This document shows, in pieces, positions 51,391 through 62,740 of a stretch of 64,000 nucleotides of DNA. The notes under the pieces were generated by a model, which was given only the letters and a program-made list of their open reading frames with translations, ran no database searches and had not been told where the DNA came from. The position numbers and the translations under genes are program-made. Position 1 is the stretch's first letter; each line of letters begins with the position of its first letter. Source of the DNA: Basidiobolus meristosporus CBS 931.73. Its lineage: Eukaryota; Fungi; Basidiobolomycota. Location of the stretch: positions 186,001 to 250,000 of the forward strand of contig MCFE01000015.1 in the NCBI GenBank assembly GCA_002104905.1, written 5' to 3'.

Positions 51391-51942
51391 ATGCAACCAT
51401 TGAAGTTAGACGCTGGTGTTGGCACTGATCATGCACCCAGTGACGTTTCTCCCATCTCCACCTCCCCCAAAACAATCTCTGTCTGGTCTGCCACCAACAA
51501 GAACCTCGCCGATGATTCTGCGGACGAACGCGAGCTTGCTGTGCTGAGCGCATCCGAGCGCAAGCAGCGAAGAAAGGTCAGATCTGCCTCGTTGGCGGTT
51601 GCCGGGCTTGACCCGAGCTATCCGTCAGAGCTTTTGCAGGACTACGACATCCCCGCCCCCTTTTGGTCGCGATTCATCCAGGCGTTGAATGCGGCCCTGA
51701 GTGAGCTACCAGCATCCAAGGATCCCAAAACACTGAATAGAATGAAATCCCGCCCACACGCCGACAACAACCGTCGACCCTCGTTGACTAGCGAGCGTAT
51801 CCAGGTCACCAAAGCAGAGCAAGTTCTGAACTGGTGGAACGAGGACTTCTTCCAAGAAAGAGGTTGTCGACTGAACCTTAGTTTTGAAACCATCAGTGAC
51901 CACGATTCCCGACCGTACTTGACCTTGTCACCAATTAAATGA
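51391..51942 (+). CDS. Hypothetical protein with an Erf4/Golgin-A7-like domain
   Basis: Intronless 183-aa ORF from ATG. LLQDYDIPAPFWSRFIQALNAAL...VLNWWNEDFFQERGCRLNL resembles the Erf4/GOLGA7 domain pattern. Confidence 0.5.
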   Translation: MQPLKLDAGVGTDHAPSDVSPISTSPKTISVWSATNKNLADDSADERELAVLSASERKQRRKVRSASLAVAGLDPSYPSELLQDYDIPAPFWSRFIQALNAALSELPASKDPKTLNRMKSRPHADNNRRPSLTSERIQVTKAEQVLNWWNEDFFQERGCRLNLSFETISDHDSRPYLTLSPIK

Positions 51943-52299
51943 ACCAATCATGTCCCAACCATATCCCTTTGCTTCCTCTCTTGATTCCTGTAAGAATGTT
52001 CCCACTCAGTACGTACAATAATGAACTTCAAGTGACTAAAGCAGCTTGTGTCTGGATTGAGGTGTTGAACAGATGGGAGAATCCACCGAATTTATATATT
52101 GTGGCTTGATCTGGAAATCGATCGATTAAAAATAGATAATAAATACTCCTGCTAATGGGCTCCAACATGTATTGGCTCCGGATACCGCCTGCCCATCCTT
52201 AAAATGTGGATCAATTTTTTGTGTTTGTAGTAGGTGACTTTATCTTGAAGTGGTTGTTGACAAATACACCACACCTACCCTTCGCCCCCACCAACTCTA

Positions 52300-53145
52300 A
52301 TGGTCAAAACTATCTACATCGTTCGTGTATGTATCTCTTTACTTCCCAGTGGGCAGCCCTATGTTTCTAACTGATCCTTCTATAGCACGGCTTCAGGGCT
52401 GATTGGGTCGACGAGCCCTTTGTTTATCACACTGGCCTTAACTACGATCCACCTCTGGCCAAGAAGGGCGTCCAACAAGTTGAGGAATTGGTCAGCTATC
52501 TGGTGAAAAACAACGTCAAGATTGATAAACTATTCTCCTCCCCTTTCTACCGCACCATGGAGACGGCAAGCATCATAGCCCAACATCCCGAAGTGAATTT
52601 GCCTATTCTCGCTGAACATGGTCTCAGGTAAGGGCATATATTCTTGAGCAGGTTAAGCCTTCTGTTTGCGAAAGAACACTCGGTTGGGGGAATGCTCTTG
52701 CGATGTACCTCCTTTCCGACCCTCATACGTATTTCGATTTTCTAGTGAGTGGTATGGACGGGGAAGAGACTTCTTGCCTCAACCTGCCACACTGGAGGTT
52801 TTGCACACCTTCTTCCCCCGGCTTGACGTGAGCTATTCAGCTATTACACGACCTACAAAGGCCCGGGAAACCATCGAGGAGTGCCATGATCGTCTGGAGT
52901 ACACCCTTGACAGTCTCATCGCGAGTAACTCCGACATTGACACAATAGTGCTGGTCTGCCATGGAGCGTCCACTATCGCGGCAGCCAGGGCGGTTCTGAA
53001 GGATCGAGAGGCGGAGATCAAGGTCGCGGCTTGCAGTCTAACAAAATTAACCTTACAACCGGACAACACGTGGAGAATGGACATGAACGGGAATACCGAG
53101 TACCTGTCCACTGGTGAAGAGAAGGTCTGGGATTTTGATATGTGA
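52300..53145 (+). CDS. Histidine phosphatase / phosphoglycerate-mutase-like protein (Tfc7/tau55-N-like), 3 exons
   Basis: MVKTIYIVR|HGFRADW...DPPLAKKG...FSSPFYRTMETA...EHGLS|EWYG...LVCHGAS...NGNTEYLSTGEEKVWDF; RHG catalytic motif intact. Confidence 0.88.
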
Positions 53146-53460
53146 AATAGAGCTGGAGTACAAGTGTAACCTTGACACCAACATTTGAATTGTACAGTAG
53201 TTATCCCTTAACTTCTAGACATCTCTTCTTTGAACTGTATTCTCGATAATTCTCAAGCATTCTTGATAATATTTCATCCATTTTCATCAATACTAGCCAT
53301 CATTACTGGCCTGCCTTTAGGATCCTACACATCTGTTGTTGCGAGATGGGTATCGGCCTCCCCCGCACTACCAATACCCGTCAGCAGTATACTTTATGTC
53401 AGATATGTTTATTCATGATTTATTGGTGTTTGTGTCTTCAGGCCATGCGATAAGCGTAGT

Positions 53461-54142
53461 TTACGAGTTTCGTTTGAGCTCGGACCAGCTAGTTTCCTTG
53501 GCCAGCGCTTGCATTTTTTCAATAAACTCCGTGCGAAGACATTCGTTGGTGTTAACCCTTGACAGGACTTGGTTCTCGTGGGTGGTGAACACCTCCTGCC
53601 GTGTCTTGTCCTTGTACACCCGGAGCTTCATGTTCAATAGGCCACACTCCACGTCGGTCAACGGTGGGGATACAATGTAGAACCTACGCTTTTCACTGCG
53701 AAAAGCGTGACTGGTCAGCTTCACCGAAAACACCATACTACCAAACACCTCTACTTACAAAGTTTCCCCTTGCTTGTTTCGCAGCTCTATGGCTGGAATC
53801 TTGTACGGAGCATCCTTGTCTACGGGATTCTCCAGTTCGGCTTCTATGTAAGAGCCGGGGGGTAGATCTTTGTTGAGCTGTAATAGCCAGGAATAACTAC
53901 AGGTTTGAACAGAAGCGTTTAGTAAGAAAAGAGTAATCGCTATGCTGGCTCTCCTTCGCCACCCTGCCTCACCCCAAGCGAACCTCCTGGGAGCATCAAC
54001 TTCGTACTTACTGGGCTGAGAGTCTCTCCTCTTTTGTATTCACAGCAAAGCTGGCGGCCAGGTCCTGGAAGTATTTGCTCTTTTTGAAGGTGGGCTCTTT
54101 GGTCCCAGCAGGTAACAGACAGCCGCAACTAAAATTGCTCAT
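53461..54142 (-). CDS. Hypothetical protein (~165 aa, 3 exons), unrecognised domain
   Basis: ACCATG start and two GTAAGT introns: MSNFSCGCLLPAGTKEPTFKKSKYFQDLAASFAVNTKEERLSAH|YSWLLQLNKDLPPGSYIEAELENPVDKDAPYK...F|EKRRFYIVSPPL...KLRVYKDKTRQEVFTTHENQVLSRVNT. Confidence 0.7.
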
Positions 54143-54364
54143 GGTGTTGGAAGAGCGCCGGCTGACAGAAATTTCCAATTTATCCCGCGACAAAATCAAT
54201 TGGTTCTCAATGGGATGGGATGGGCTCAGTGAGTGGGATCAATCTTTTTAATATAAAAATCTATAGAATTTCGAAGTTATATACTATCCTAAGCACTTAT
54301 TAGTTCTACACTGGTCGATGGCGGTGGTGATGGTATGAAGAAAAATGATGGATGACAAGGGAGT

Positions 54365-55891
54365 TTAGGTGGTCTTCTTGTTAACATTCACGTAGCCGGT
54401 ACCCATACACGCCATCAAGATGGTCTTGTTCTCCGGATCAGGTCTGATCTTGAATGTGACGCCGAAGAAGGACTTCAAATCTCTAAGATATTGGATCCTG
54501 CAAAGATGTTAGCACACTCTCCAACTCATTAATATCCAGCGGCACTTACGTGAAGGGAGAGATCTTGCCAATACGGATTTTGGACACATCCTCGGGACCA
54601 AGTACCATCATCAACAAGCCAACCCATTGGCATACCGAATCAAAGCATCCACCCTTGTTGACTTCTTCCAGAAGCATCTTGGCGCACTTTTTACCAATAT
54701 CCTCAGGAGTTTCACCTGGATTGGCGGCAAGCTCTGCTGATAACAGTGCCCCAGTGGTAGATTCCGCAACCAGGGTTAGGGCGAACCCAGGTGATCTGCA
54801 CAAATGAAAAGACGTCAGCATCGGTGGGTTGGTGCTTGCAAACGTCCATTGCTTACTTTCCGGACTCAGCTCCCTTGAAGACGTCGGTATAGATGTAGAT
54901 ATCTGGGATGTACCGGTTGAGGACTGAACGTGCTGAATCGACCAAGCGGTTGGCAGTCTGTGGAGACACTCTAGTACAGTAACTACACAAATATTTGGGT
55001 CAAGGGATAAAGGCCGATTTGCTTTGCTCAATGTTGAAGAATAGAGGCCATTGAAAAGGATACGCAATACCACGGATACGCTTGATTCTGCCCTCATCGA
55101 TGAATTGAAGTGGTTTAAGGGCTCGAATGATTGGGCATTTGAAGACGACTTCACCGCCGCCAAGTGGTGGAGCACCACGTTTGTTGATCTAAGGTGGTGC
55201 TTGAGTGCCATTGAACACTGAAAATCTGGAGGGAAACCGAATTGTACCTTAAGCTCCAGTCCATCCTCAAAGCCAAACCTCTTAAGCTGCATGAGGGTAA
55301 CAGTTCTGATGGTATCCACCTGGTCGAGATTGAATCAATAAATCGCTCCTGGCCCTGTCCATGCTCAAATATGACTTACCGAAATATCAAGGTTGTTTGT
55401 GGTGATTCCTGTGAGCAAGGCATTCATGGGGAGCTTTCCAAAGGGTGCCAAAGCAATCAAAGCCTCCAAAAAGTAGCCTACACCTCGGGCAGTACCACAG
55501 TCATGTTGGATTTTACCACCAACAATGATTCCTGGCTTGTAGAATACAGCAGTACCTATTTACGACACGGCGACAGAGCCGAAAATGCTTAGAGCGTGGT
55601 CGTCGTGAAGGGTAAATGCAGTGAGAGGCTACCTGTATAGTTGATTTCCAAATGTGAACCGTTTGTTACTTTCTCCAAAAGGCGAAGGAAGTTTGCCTCG
55701 TAATCTGAAGGAACACTTAGTAAGGTCGAGAGGAGAAATCCATCAAAGGGGGTATATGTACCTTTCAGACCGGGATTGTCGTCTTCCGATCTGATCTTCT
55801 CAATTCGAACCGGACGACCACTCAAAGTGGCCATGACCAATCTTTGGCGAAAGTAGTTGTGGCCCTCGAACTTGATAATGGTTTTGCTCAT
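54365..55891 (-). CDS. RCL1: RNA 3'-terminal phosphate cyclase-like protein Rcl1 (18S rRNA biogenesis), multi-exon
   Basis: FEGHNYFRQRLVMATLSGRPVRIEKIRS; KRGAPPLGGGEV; RIRGIA|YCTRVSPQ; SPGFALTLVAESTTG; PEDIG; GPEDVSKIRIG; GTGYVNVNKK. Confidence 0.96.
54983..55063 (-). other. U12-type (minor spliceosome) GT-AG intron in RCL1
   Basis: Donor GTATCCTTTT; branch CCTTGAC (54999-55005) with the branch A about 17 nt from the AG. Removing it restores RGIA|YCTRVSP. Confidence 0.88.
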
Positions 55892-56989
55892 TTTCGTTTT
55901 CTTGTCTGTTGGGGCAGCTTACGGATCGAGAAAAGCCAGTGTCGCCTAAACACTATGAACACCACGCAGGAAGCACGTTTCGCTGAGTAAATCACCAGTA
56001 TAAACTTAGTCATGATCATAGAGTGGATTTTTTTTCTTGGTTTTTTTTCTTTTTTCCAGATGAATGGCTACGAGGTTAATCGAGTTGAAATTAAGTAGAA
56101 ACTAAACAGAATTCAAATTGGATTAGTATATGCATCCAAGTAATCTGAAACTTGAGCAACTTTAGTAGCTCAGGTGATACCTGATCATGAACCAAACACA
56201 CTCCCGGTTTTTGAAACAACCCGCTTTCCGATCGGAGACGTAGTACAACAAAGGTTCTAGAGCTTAGGGACGTCAGCGAAAGGTTTGGAGATGGAAGGAT
56301 AGAACCATACCGTCGTTACCGTCGCATGGGCTTACTGTTTCTGGTGGAAAATCACCTCAACGTATCAGAATCTAATTTGCATCAGCTTAAATTTGTTGAT
56401 ATCTGAGATAGAGAGGGCAACCTTTTAGGAATGTTCGATTACCTTAAGTAGGCTTCAATATAGTCATATGAAGAAGATCGAAAAGGTACTCTGCATCCTG
56501 GGGGTGTTGTCCTTCCATAAGCGTTGTTGGAGTTGGAGACTGGTCTAACGACGTAGCAATAGACAAGCGCTACCTACATCTTGACTCTGTCCACCAGCTC
56601 GCCGCGTTCAAAAGATAATGAGGGAATGGCGAGAAGACACCGCTACTCACGGTTACCCTCCTCCCATGTATACTTGCTCCAATCAGACTCCCGTAAACCT
56701 TATGCCAACGACTAACCATTAACGCTGGTGTTGATTGAGCGGGCGTTTTCCATCTTCGGATCAGCCAAATCATTGCTCAAATAAACCACAGAAGTTTCTT
56801 TATTTGGAATAGCCAGTAATAGGCACTTGTGATTCTGCCATCAGTATAAATGCTTGGTAATCGGACTCAGCCCGAAAATTCTTCCGACAACTTTCTTGGA
56901 TTAACGTGCACACCCCCTTCCCTTGTCCTTTCTTCCCCATCACCGAGGCCGCACATTTGTATCAAAATAGCTCTTTAATACGTAGATAG

Positions 56990-57871
56990 ATGATCAGTGA
57001 AATACCCTTGGCGTCGCAGAATCCAGTCTTGCATCATGATATTGGCCTAGTGATTGCTTCTATGTCGATTCCGGTTGCTATTAGCACCACATACTACAGC
57101 ATCATTACAGTTATACACAACAAACACCCGATATTCAAGTTGAACTTGCTTCCTGCAGTACTCCTGTTGGTGAATTCAATAGTTCAACTGTGCGGGTGCT
57201 TCGTCAATAGTTTCCCTTGTAGAGCTCGCTACTTGGTTTTCGCAATCACCTTCGCCATCAGCGTGATATCAATGGACACCATACTCTATCTCAAGGCAAA
57301 GTCGGTCAACAAAAGACCAAAGCTCCTCACCTCAATCTACATCATTCTTCGACTGGCGTATTTGGCGATTTGGATCAAACTGATCGTGGATGTGAAGATC
57401 TTTCGTATGGGCAAAACAGTCAACATATGCACCAGCCTAGCAAAGTCATACGAAATGCTTATCCTGATCGTAATTGAGACGATGATCATCATGTACCTGA
57501 CGATTCTGTTCTTGAACATCATCTATGTGCAGTACAAAGAGTCACCCAGGGCGATCTATTCCTTTCTCATAAAGGATGGTCTAATCTTCTCGTTGTCCAT
57601 TTGCCTATTCTATTTCTTCATCACAATCCTGAAGTTCACCAATGTGATGGGCCACAAGGATCTGTTCAGCATTGGATGTAAGTAGCTTTTATTCGGTACA
57701 CCAACTGCCTCATCAGAATACTAACTTGTCGTTACAGGGGTTGTGTCTTGCAAGTTAATGACCGAGCAAATTTGGAGATCTCACCTATGGCGTTCGGAGG
57801 GTAGGAAGTCCAGTGAAACTACCCAAATGAATGACCTCAACGTGGATCTTGCCGCAATAGAGATCAAGTGA
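56990..57871 (+). CDS. Seven-transmembrane GPCR-like protein (2 exons)
   Basis: Seven hydrophobic segments after splicing (GTAAGT...TACAG). Cys before TM3 (FPCRAR) and Cys in the TM4-5 loop (NICTS); polar C-tail. Confidence 0.6.
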
Positions 57872-58080
57872 ATGTTTCATACCACCGCTCATACAATCAT
57901 TCTCACAACCATCGTTAATACCACCTCATCGCCCACATGTACAAACTACAGCAAGCATTATGTAAATACTCACTATTAATAAATCAGGCAGCCAAGCCTT
58001 GAAACAGCAATTTACATAATACAAATTTAAGCTTTACTGTTCTCGGTATGCTAATTAGCCGACATTTATCCACTAGCTGA

Positions 58081-58340
58081 TCATTGAAATGTGTTAGGAA
58101 ATAAGGCTACCCAGTCAAGGATAGAATTTCTAAATATTCCTTCTAGATGCAAAGAGTCCTGGAGCTGGATAAGGTCTCGGATGATTTTGGAATCGGTACA
58201 TGAGATCACCTGAGGATACTCCATAACTGATTGGGTGCCTGAGTGCTTAATTTTCCACCCATGGTGGTTGGACAACAAGATAGCCTACAAATATGTACTA
58301 GATTCTAGAGTCCAGGATGCTGCTAGATATAGAAGGCCAA
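58081..58340 (-). pseudogene. Possible decayed RhoGAP (Sec14/BNIP-RhoGAP-like) fragment
   Basis: SLHLEGIFRNS resembles the RhoGAP GLxxEGIFR box, and LAFYI*QHP upstream resembles the BNIP-type KALYIVHP. Many stops; weak. Confidence 0.2.
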
Positions 58341-59699
58341 GGTAGCGGTCAAAGTGGGTGCTAATCGAGAATAGATATATTGTGGGTGATGATGGTGGGG
58401 TTGGCCTAAATATGAGCATTTCTTTGATGCACTAGTTGCTGATTTTACTGTTTGATCGAATTCCTTTCCCATTAATGTTCCCCATAAGCATTAGAAGGCA
58501 GCGGCCATATGGTGTATTATTTAGGGCAGGGTGATGTAATACGATCGAAGTCGAAATCATTCCTGGAATAGTCACTCCTGTTCAACCCATTCCTTCATTC
58601 AGGTTCCGGTATGTTGAGAATGGAAGGGATTTGTTGACATGGTCAGTTAATGTGTTTAATCCTCCTACGAGATTACGTGCAAATTTGTTTAAATTATGTG
58701 CCTAATACTCTGTATTTAGCAAGTGTTCTATCTATGATGTGGGCTCCCTCTGTGACGTCATACTGATCGATGGCAGCTCTGCCCTTACAAAGCCTGATTG
58801 GCCATTCCCGCTGATATCCCATATTCCTTGCCCATTTGACAGTGCAAAAAAAGAAAGATAAATGCCACATTTGGTAAGACGTACTGAGGATACTAATCTC
58901 TGTTGAAATTTGGTCGTGTAATTCCTGGTGGATTGGTTATGCTGAGGTAATCTTGATAAGATTAGAAATGGAGTGGAAGGCATTAACAGTTATGAGGAGT
59001 TATTAGTCCTGATATCGATACTCCATTATTGATGGGTTTCTATCCTTCCCATTATTGCCAACCATACCTCCTTTGTATGAGTAGATAATCCATATATATG
59101 CTAGTCTTTTGCATACGGAGAAAATAGTTAGACACAATTCACGGTATCGTTCATGCTTAGGAGTGGTCGGCATTTGGATGCTTCAAATGCCACAATCATG
59201 ATATGAGGTGCACCAAGTTACGGGCGCATATTACCCGGAAAGAAGTGAATGTACCTTAGACGAGTTGCCTATTTCATCTTTGGTGGCCCATTGTACACAA
59301 TTTTTCATCGTGTGTCTGCTTATTCTTGACGCTTCAACATAGCCCACGTGACAGGATGATGGTTTCACACAGCGTTTACAAATTCTGAGAATTGGTAATT
59401 TGTCGCTTGGTTTCCAGAAAAGTAAGGTAAAGAGACCTGCTCAAATGAGCATTAATCGACGCGTTATCAGATTCTAGTTGGTGTTATCTTTACATATTTA
59501 ACCCTTGAGATAATGGGTTAGTGACAGGGAGCTCACCAGATTGAACATATCTGCTAGGTATATTACCTCGGTTGTGAGTCAACACTGAGGTGTGAAAATT
59601 TCCAAATTACATGAACATCAATTAGCCATAAACACTCGCTTGACGCATTTTTTGTGGCTGTTTCAATTCTTTCTTGGTATGGCCGCAGTGGGTACCGAT

Positions 59700-60045
59700 G
59701 TTACCATCCAACTAACGACAGCTCGATTTATTTACCAAGGACTAAGGTAGGAGTTCTTCAGGAGTAATGTTACCGGGGGTCTTCCTGTTCACCTTTCAAA
59801 AGTCCATGGTATAGGTGTTGTCACTCACTGAAACGCGCTGGTAACGGGGGCCTCTAAGTTTTGCCCAGTTTGCCCATTGACTCGAATGAGTGTGCTGGAC
59901 CCGCAGCAATTGAATTTGTAATCCTTGACGATGGCTCCACTGGAGAAAGTGATCAGTGCGCAACCTTGCTTGTGAATGCGAGGCCAAGGTAGCAGCTGAA
60001 GCAAGTGAAGTGAAGGAAAAGATATTGTACTTTACAATGTTGTTT
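59700..60045 (-). pseudogene. Possible decayed small secreted Cys-containing protein
   Basis: KYNIFSFTSLASAATLAS (signal-like, no ATG), then after a frameshift QGCALITFSSGAIVKDYKFNCCGSSTLIRVNGQTG, followed by stops. Confidence 0.2.
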
Positions 60046-60626
60046 CGTTGGATTGTTAAGTGCGTTCATTACGCTTATATAGAGGTCACCGGATTGAATG
60101 TCCTGTTTATGCTAATTTCTTGAGGATAGTCGTTTTACGCAATATACTGAAAGAATAAGACATACAACTGTTAGAATTTGGTAAGGAAAGGAGGGAAACG
60201 GAAATGATTCACAGCTTGCTAGGAGCATCGACACACAGTCAGGGTGTGTGCTATATATCATGGGGAACTTGTGAATTCTTAATCGATATTGCACCCGCTT
60301 GATTGTTAGAGTTAGTAAGTAGTGAATCATGTGTTGCAGCGTCTGATAGAGTTTGTGTGGCTAACATAACTGCAATACAATACCACTACTGTAGTAATTT
60401 TTGTATTTGCGCCTAAATGTTTACATCGACTTGGTCTAGGACCTTTACTATTCCCTAATCACTTGGAAAATATTTAATGGTCACTACTAGAATGCCATAT
60501 AAAATCAGCATAAATCCAAGATTAAATAAAATGGTATATCAAAAATGGGGGTTACGGCACATATTAAAACATTCAACTATTATTTTTAGATATTTTATAT
60601 TTTGTATTTACCCATAGAAATTATGA

Positions 60627-61325
60627 GGGGAGGGAAAGTCACAATTGCAGTGAAATCTTTATTCTGCTAAGTAGTTGCAAAAAATCACTAAAGTTTAAAA
60701 ATTAAGAAGCCAACTAAGAGTATTTAAATCTCTTAAGTAAATAATCAAACTTAACGTTAGTTTCTTGGGTAATAATTAGGGGAAGGATAGTCACAAAGGT
60801 AAGTGAAACATTTATTTGAATTCAGATAAGTCTAACTACAAATAAAGAAGCCAGCTGGGAATTAAAAGTTCCAATTGTAAAGACTAAGTTGAATATAAAT
60901 AAATCTAATCTAAAGTTAAGGCAGTATCCCAAAATACACTGGGATTCAGGTTCATGGGAGAGAAGTAGATGAGCCTGAGAGATGTAATAATATTCTAGGT
61001 AATGTAAAAACTTGTAATTGCACCTAAATATTTACCTAACTTGGTCACTTAAATCATTACTTGCAAATACTAGAAAATTCTGAGTATAATCTTTGTTGAG
61101 ATTTATTTAGAATATCTTTACCAAGACATTAGGTAATGTTGTGCATCAACATTTAAACTTGGCCAATTTCACTCCGTCAGAAAATCTAGTACCCTAACTG
61201 ATTTTCCCTCACCCAAACATAACTAATCCCTGTTATGGTTTATTTTATCACTTCTCAGAATCTATTTTTAGCTGTCACCCCTGATCAATTTTCAAGTGGC
61301 CCTTATGTCCTCAACTGATCTGCTA
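60627..61325 (-). mobile_element. Old AT-rich degenerate LINE 3'-end modules (two termini)
   Basis: Termini begin at 60627 and 60779. Positions 60779 to ~61000 align with 61326 to ~61545 (e.g. AAGTCTAACTACAAATAAAGAAGC, CTAAGTTGAATAT). Confidence 0.65.
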
Positions 61326-62022
61326 GGGGAGGGAAAGTCGCCAAGGTAGGTGAAATCATTATTTGATTTCAGACAAGTCTAACTACAAATAAAGAAGCTA
61401 GCAGGGAATACAAGATTCCCAGGGTAAACACTAAGTTGAATATGAATAAATCTAAGCTAAAGTTAAGGTGGTATCCCTGAGTACACTGGAGTTCAGATTC
61501 ATGGGGGAATGAAGTAAATAAGCTTGAGAGATATAATAATCTTTCAGGAAGTGGGTAACAGCAGGTGAAGGGGAGTTTTTGATAAGTGAAGTTAATCTTG
61601 AGAGCAGAGATTCTTCTAATGAGAAGGTCTTGTAAACTGGAGAATCAGGAAACTCTTTAAAGGCATGGTCAGTGGGTTTCCAGAAAAACAGGTTAGAGAC
61701 ATTTTGAGAGAATTGTTTAGCAATACCTATGTCAAGTACTGCCTCCAGAGTGTGATGGTTGATCAATTACATGTCAACAATCTTGGATAAATTGTAACCT
61801 TGTTGCTTGAGATACATCCTATGCTCAGATATGGGAATAAACTCCACATTGGCAAAGTAGCAGACAGCCCAGGCAGTAGCAGGAGGCAAATCAGAAGTGG
61901 CAGGAAACCTTCTTTTAGTCTTGGGAGGAGCAGCAGGATGTCTTGAGGAAGCAGGAACAGACTTTTTGACAGTTTCAGAGTAGGAAGAGTGAGCAGGAGC
62001 AGATGATTCTTGGGGAGTCTTA
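61326..62022 (-). mobile_element. ORF1-like (gag-like) fragment joined directly to a LINE-type 3' terminus
   Basis: SSAPAHSSYSETVKKSVPA...VCYFANV (frameshift) PISEHRMYLKQQGYNLSKIVDM*LINHHTLEAVL...RDTTLTLA*, then the shared terminus. No RT in between. Confidence 0.55.
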
Positions 62023-62740
62023 GGGGGAGACAGTCACCCACAGGTCAAATCTTTATTTCAGTTGAAACAAAGAAGCCAGTGCTACTGTTGTAGCTTTGAT
62101 ACAAGAGTGTGTAGCTGAGGGGAATTTGCAGGTAGGTTAACAAGAAGTGATGATAGTTCTTCAGTGCACAAGACACTGTTCAGGGGGCAGGGGGGTAGCA
62201 AGAGGGGTAAGAATGATTTGTGAACAACATTAATGAGGGGAATATAATAAGGATTGATATTCATCATAAAGGGAGTGTGCTGCTTCAGATATTGCTGCCA
62301 AAGGTCTGTCAAGTACTTCAGGTAGGCCAGCTTGGGTTTTTCTGACTGCAGAATATAGTGAGCAAACTTCTTGACTTCAGGATCTCCAAGTATAGTTCTC
62401 CAGCAGGAGCCAGGTGTAGTGTGGTGTGTTCTCTTCCAGGTCTTAATCAGTGGGTTGATGCAGTGGTGAAGTCTGAGATATAATCTGGTTTTAAGGTAGA
62501 GTAGTCTGATCTTGTAGGGCATAAACCCAAAAGCACCAAGAATAGTATGTCCGTAGGGGCATTCAGGCAGACAAGGCACCAGGGATGTAATGCATCAGAC
62601 TGCAAACCTGTCAAGTTTAGTGCAGTCTCTAGAAGTAAGAGAGAGAAGTGGTAAGCCAAATTCCAGGGCAGGGATGACAAACTACTTGAGTAGAAGGAGG
62701 CAGCTGGGAGCTGAAGTTGTAGGAGGAGTTACAGCCAGTA
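62023..62740 (-). mobile_element. Tandem duplicate of the 3' ~718 bp of the adjacent LINE
   Basis: Colinear with 62741-63459, with scattered substitutions and a frameshift. Confidence 0.9.

Noticed and set aside
53845-53855. Apparent frameshift in the hypothetical gene
   Set aside because: Recounting gives six C on the coding strand (CTA CCC CCC GGC), so the frame is intact.
57738-57770. Lys in TM7 (VVSCKLM) as an opsin retinal-binding site
   Set aside because: No DxxxK microbial-rhodopsin motif, no counterion or aromatic pocket residues and no NPxxY.
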